DNA of 64,000 bases. Source: Anaerolineae bacterium. Its GTDB lineage: Bacteria > Chloroflexota > Anaerolineae > Aggregatilineales > J027. The DNA is taken from the NCBI GenBank assembly GCA_019913005.1, contig JAIOHL010000105.1, positions 11,177 through 75,176 of the forward strand, read 5' to 3'. The notes beneath the pieces were generated by a model that made no database searches, was not told where the DNA came from, and was given only the letters and a program-made list of their open reading frames with translations. Below, in pieces: positions 63,750-64,000 of the stretch (the first letter of the stretch is position 1; each line of letters begins with the position of its first letter). The position numbers and the translations under genes were made by a program.

Positions 63750-64000
63750 ATGCAGCTCAAATATCTGTTGAATGACCTCACCGATGACATGACGCCAGAG
63801 GAGCGTTATTGGTGGGATACCACTCGTAAATCATTCCGCCAATATCCAAAAGATATACTCTTTTGGCTTTCCCAACTGCCACAAGGCGGTACTCCGCCCA
63901 TGCCACCGCCCCATTTGCGCTATCGGGTCGCGGGGGGCTATGACGTCAAGCGCTTTAATCGCACAGGGAAAGAATCGCGCCGTGACTTTGAGGCCGCCCT
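63750..64000 (+). CDS. Partial CDS (N-terminal 83 codons, runs off the window), possibly another methyltransferase-associated protein
   Basis: The frame is open from ATG 63750 to the window end (MQLKYLLNDLTDDMTPEERYWWDTTRK...LRYRVAGGYDVKRFNRTGKESRRDFEAAL). It is absent from the ORF track because it is incomplete. The function is a guess. Confidence 0.45.
   Translation, partial: MQLKYLLNDLTDDMTPEERYWWDTTRKSFRQYPKDILFWLSQLPQGGTPPMPPPHLRYRVAGGYDVKRFNRTGKESRRDFEAA

Overview
This is a gene-dense, 64-kb bacterial chromosomal segment of about 50 CDS. GC is roughly 50-58% in most genes, judged by eye. I see no rRNA or tRNA genes, no CRISPR array and no recognisable transposase or integrase. The gene content looks Chloroflexota-like: an LCP ligase, a group-II truncated globin, many secreted proteins with Pro/Thr-rich linkers and PD40/WSPDG beta-propellers, a DUF1800/DUF1501 pair and G-rich intergenic hairpins. 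Taxonomy cannot be established without a database search.

Layout:
- 0-17 kb: a degenerate FtsK-like protein, an LCP operon, a giant coiled-coil histidine-kinase-like protein, NUDIX, a beta-lactamase-like hydrolase, yebC-ruvC-ruvA and a hybrid REC-GAF kinase.
- 17-37 kb: a glbO operon, a 1184-aa Clp-type AAA+ protein fused to a release-factor-like domain, a tandem RNase H, a NarL-type two-component pair, DUF1800/DUF1501, ldh, a CDF transporter and a penicillin acylase.
- 37-64 kb: a cell-envelope glycopolymer locus. It holds GT2 enzymes, a priming sugar transferase, a Wzm/Wzt-type ABC exporter, a GT-C enzyme, a GT26 TagA-like enzyme, a fused GT-A/GT4 and methyltransferases. It is interrupted by birA and an ECF-sigma redox operon, and it contains three adjacent secreted proteins.

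Most interesting leads:
1. The AAA+ double-ring protein has a C-terminus that looks like RF2 domains 1, 2 and 4 with the GGQ domain excised. It may be a ribosome-targeted unfoldase.
2. Three consecutive secreted proteins (an S8 protease, an HExxHxxGxxH metalloprotease and a 7-bladed PD40 propeller) share a roughly 260-aa FG-GAP-like module that I cannot assign to a named domain.
3. Several pseudo-enzymes are present: a histidine kinase with Gln in place of the phospho-acceptor His, an FtsK-like protein without a P-loop, and a second RNase H domain lacking two of the four catalytic acids.

All functional calls rest on motif recognition by eye. No searches were run.
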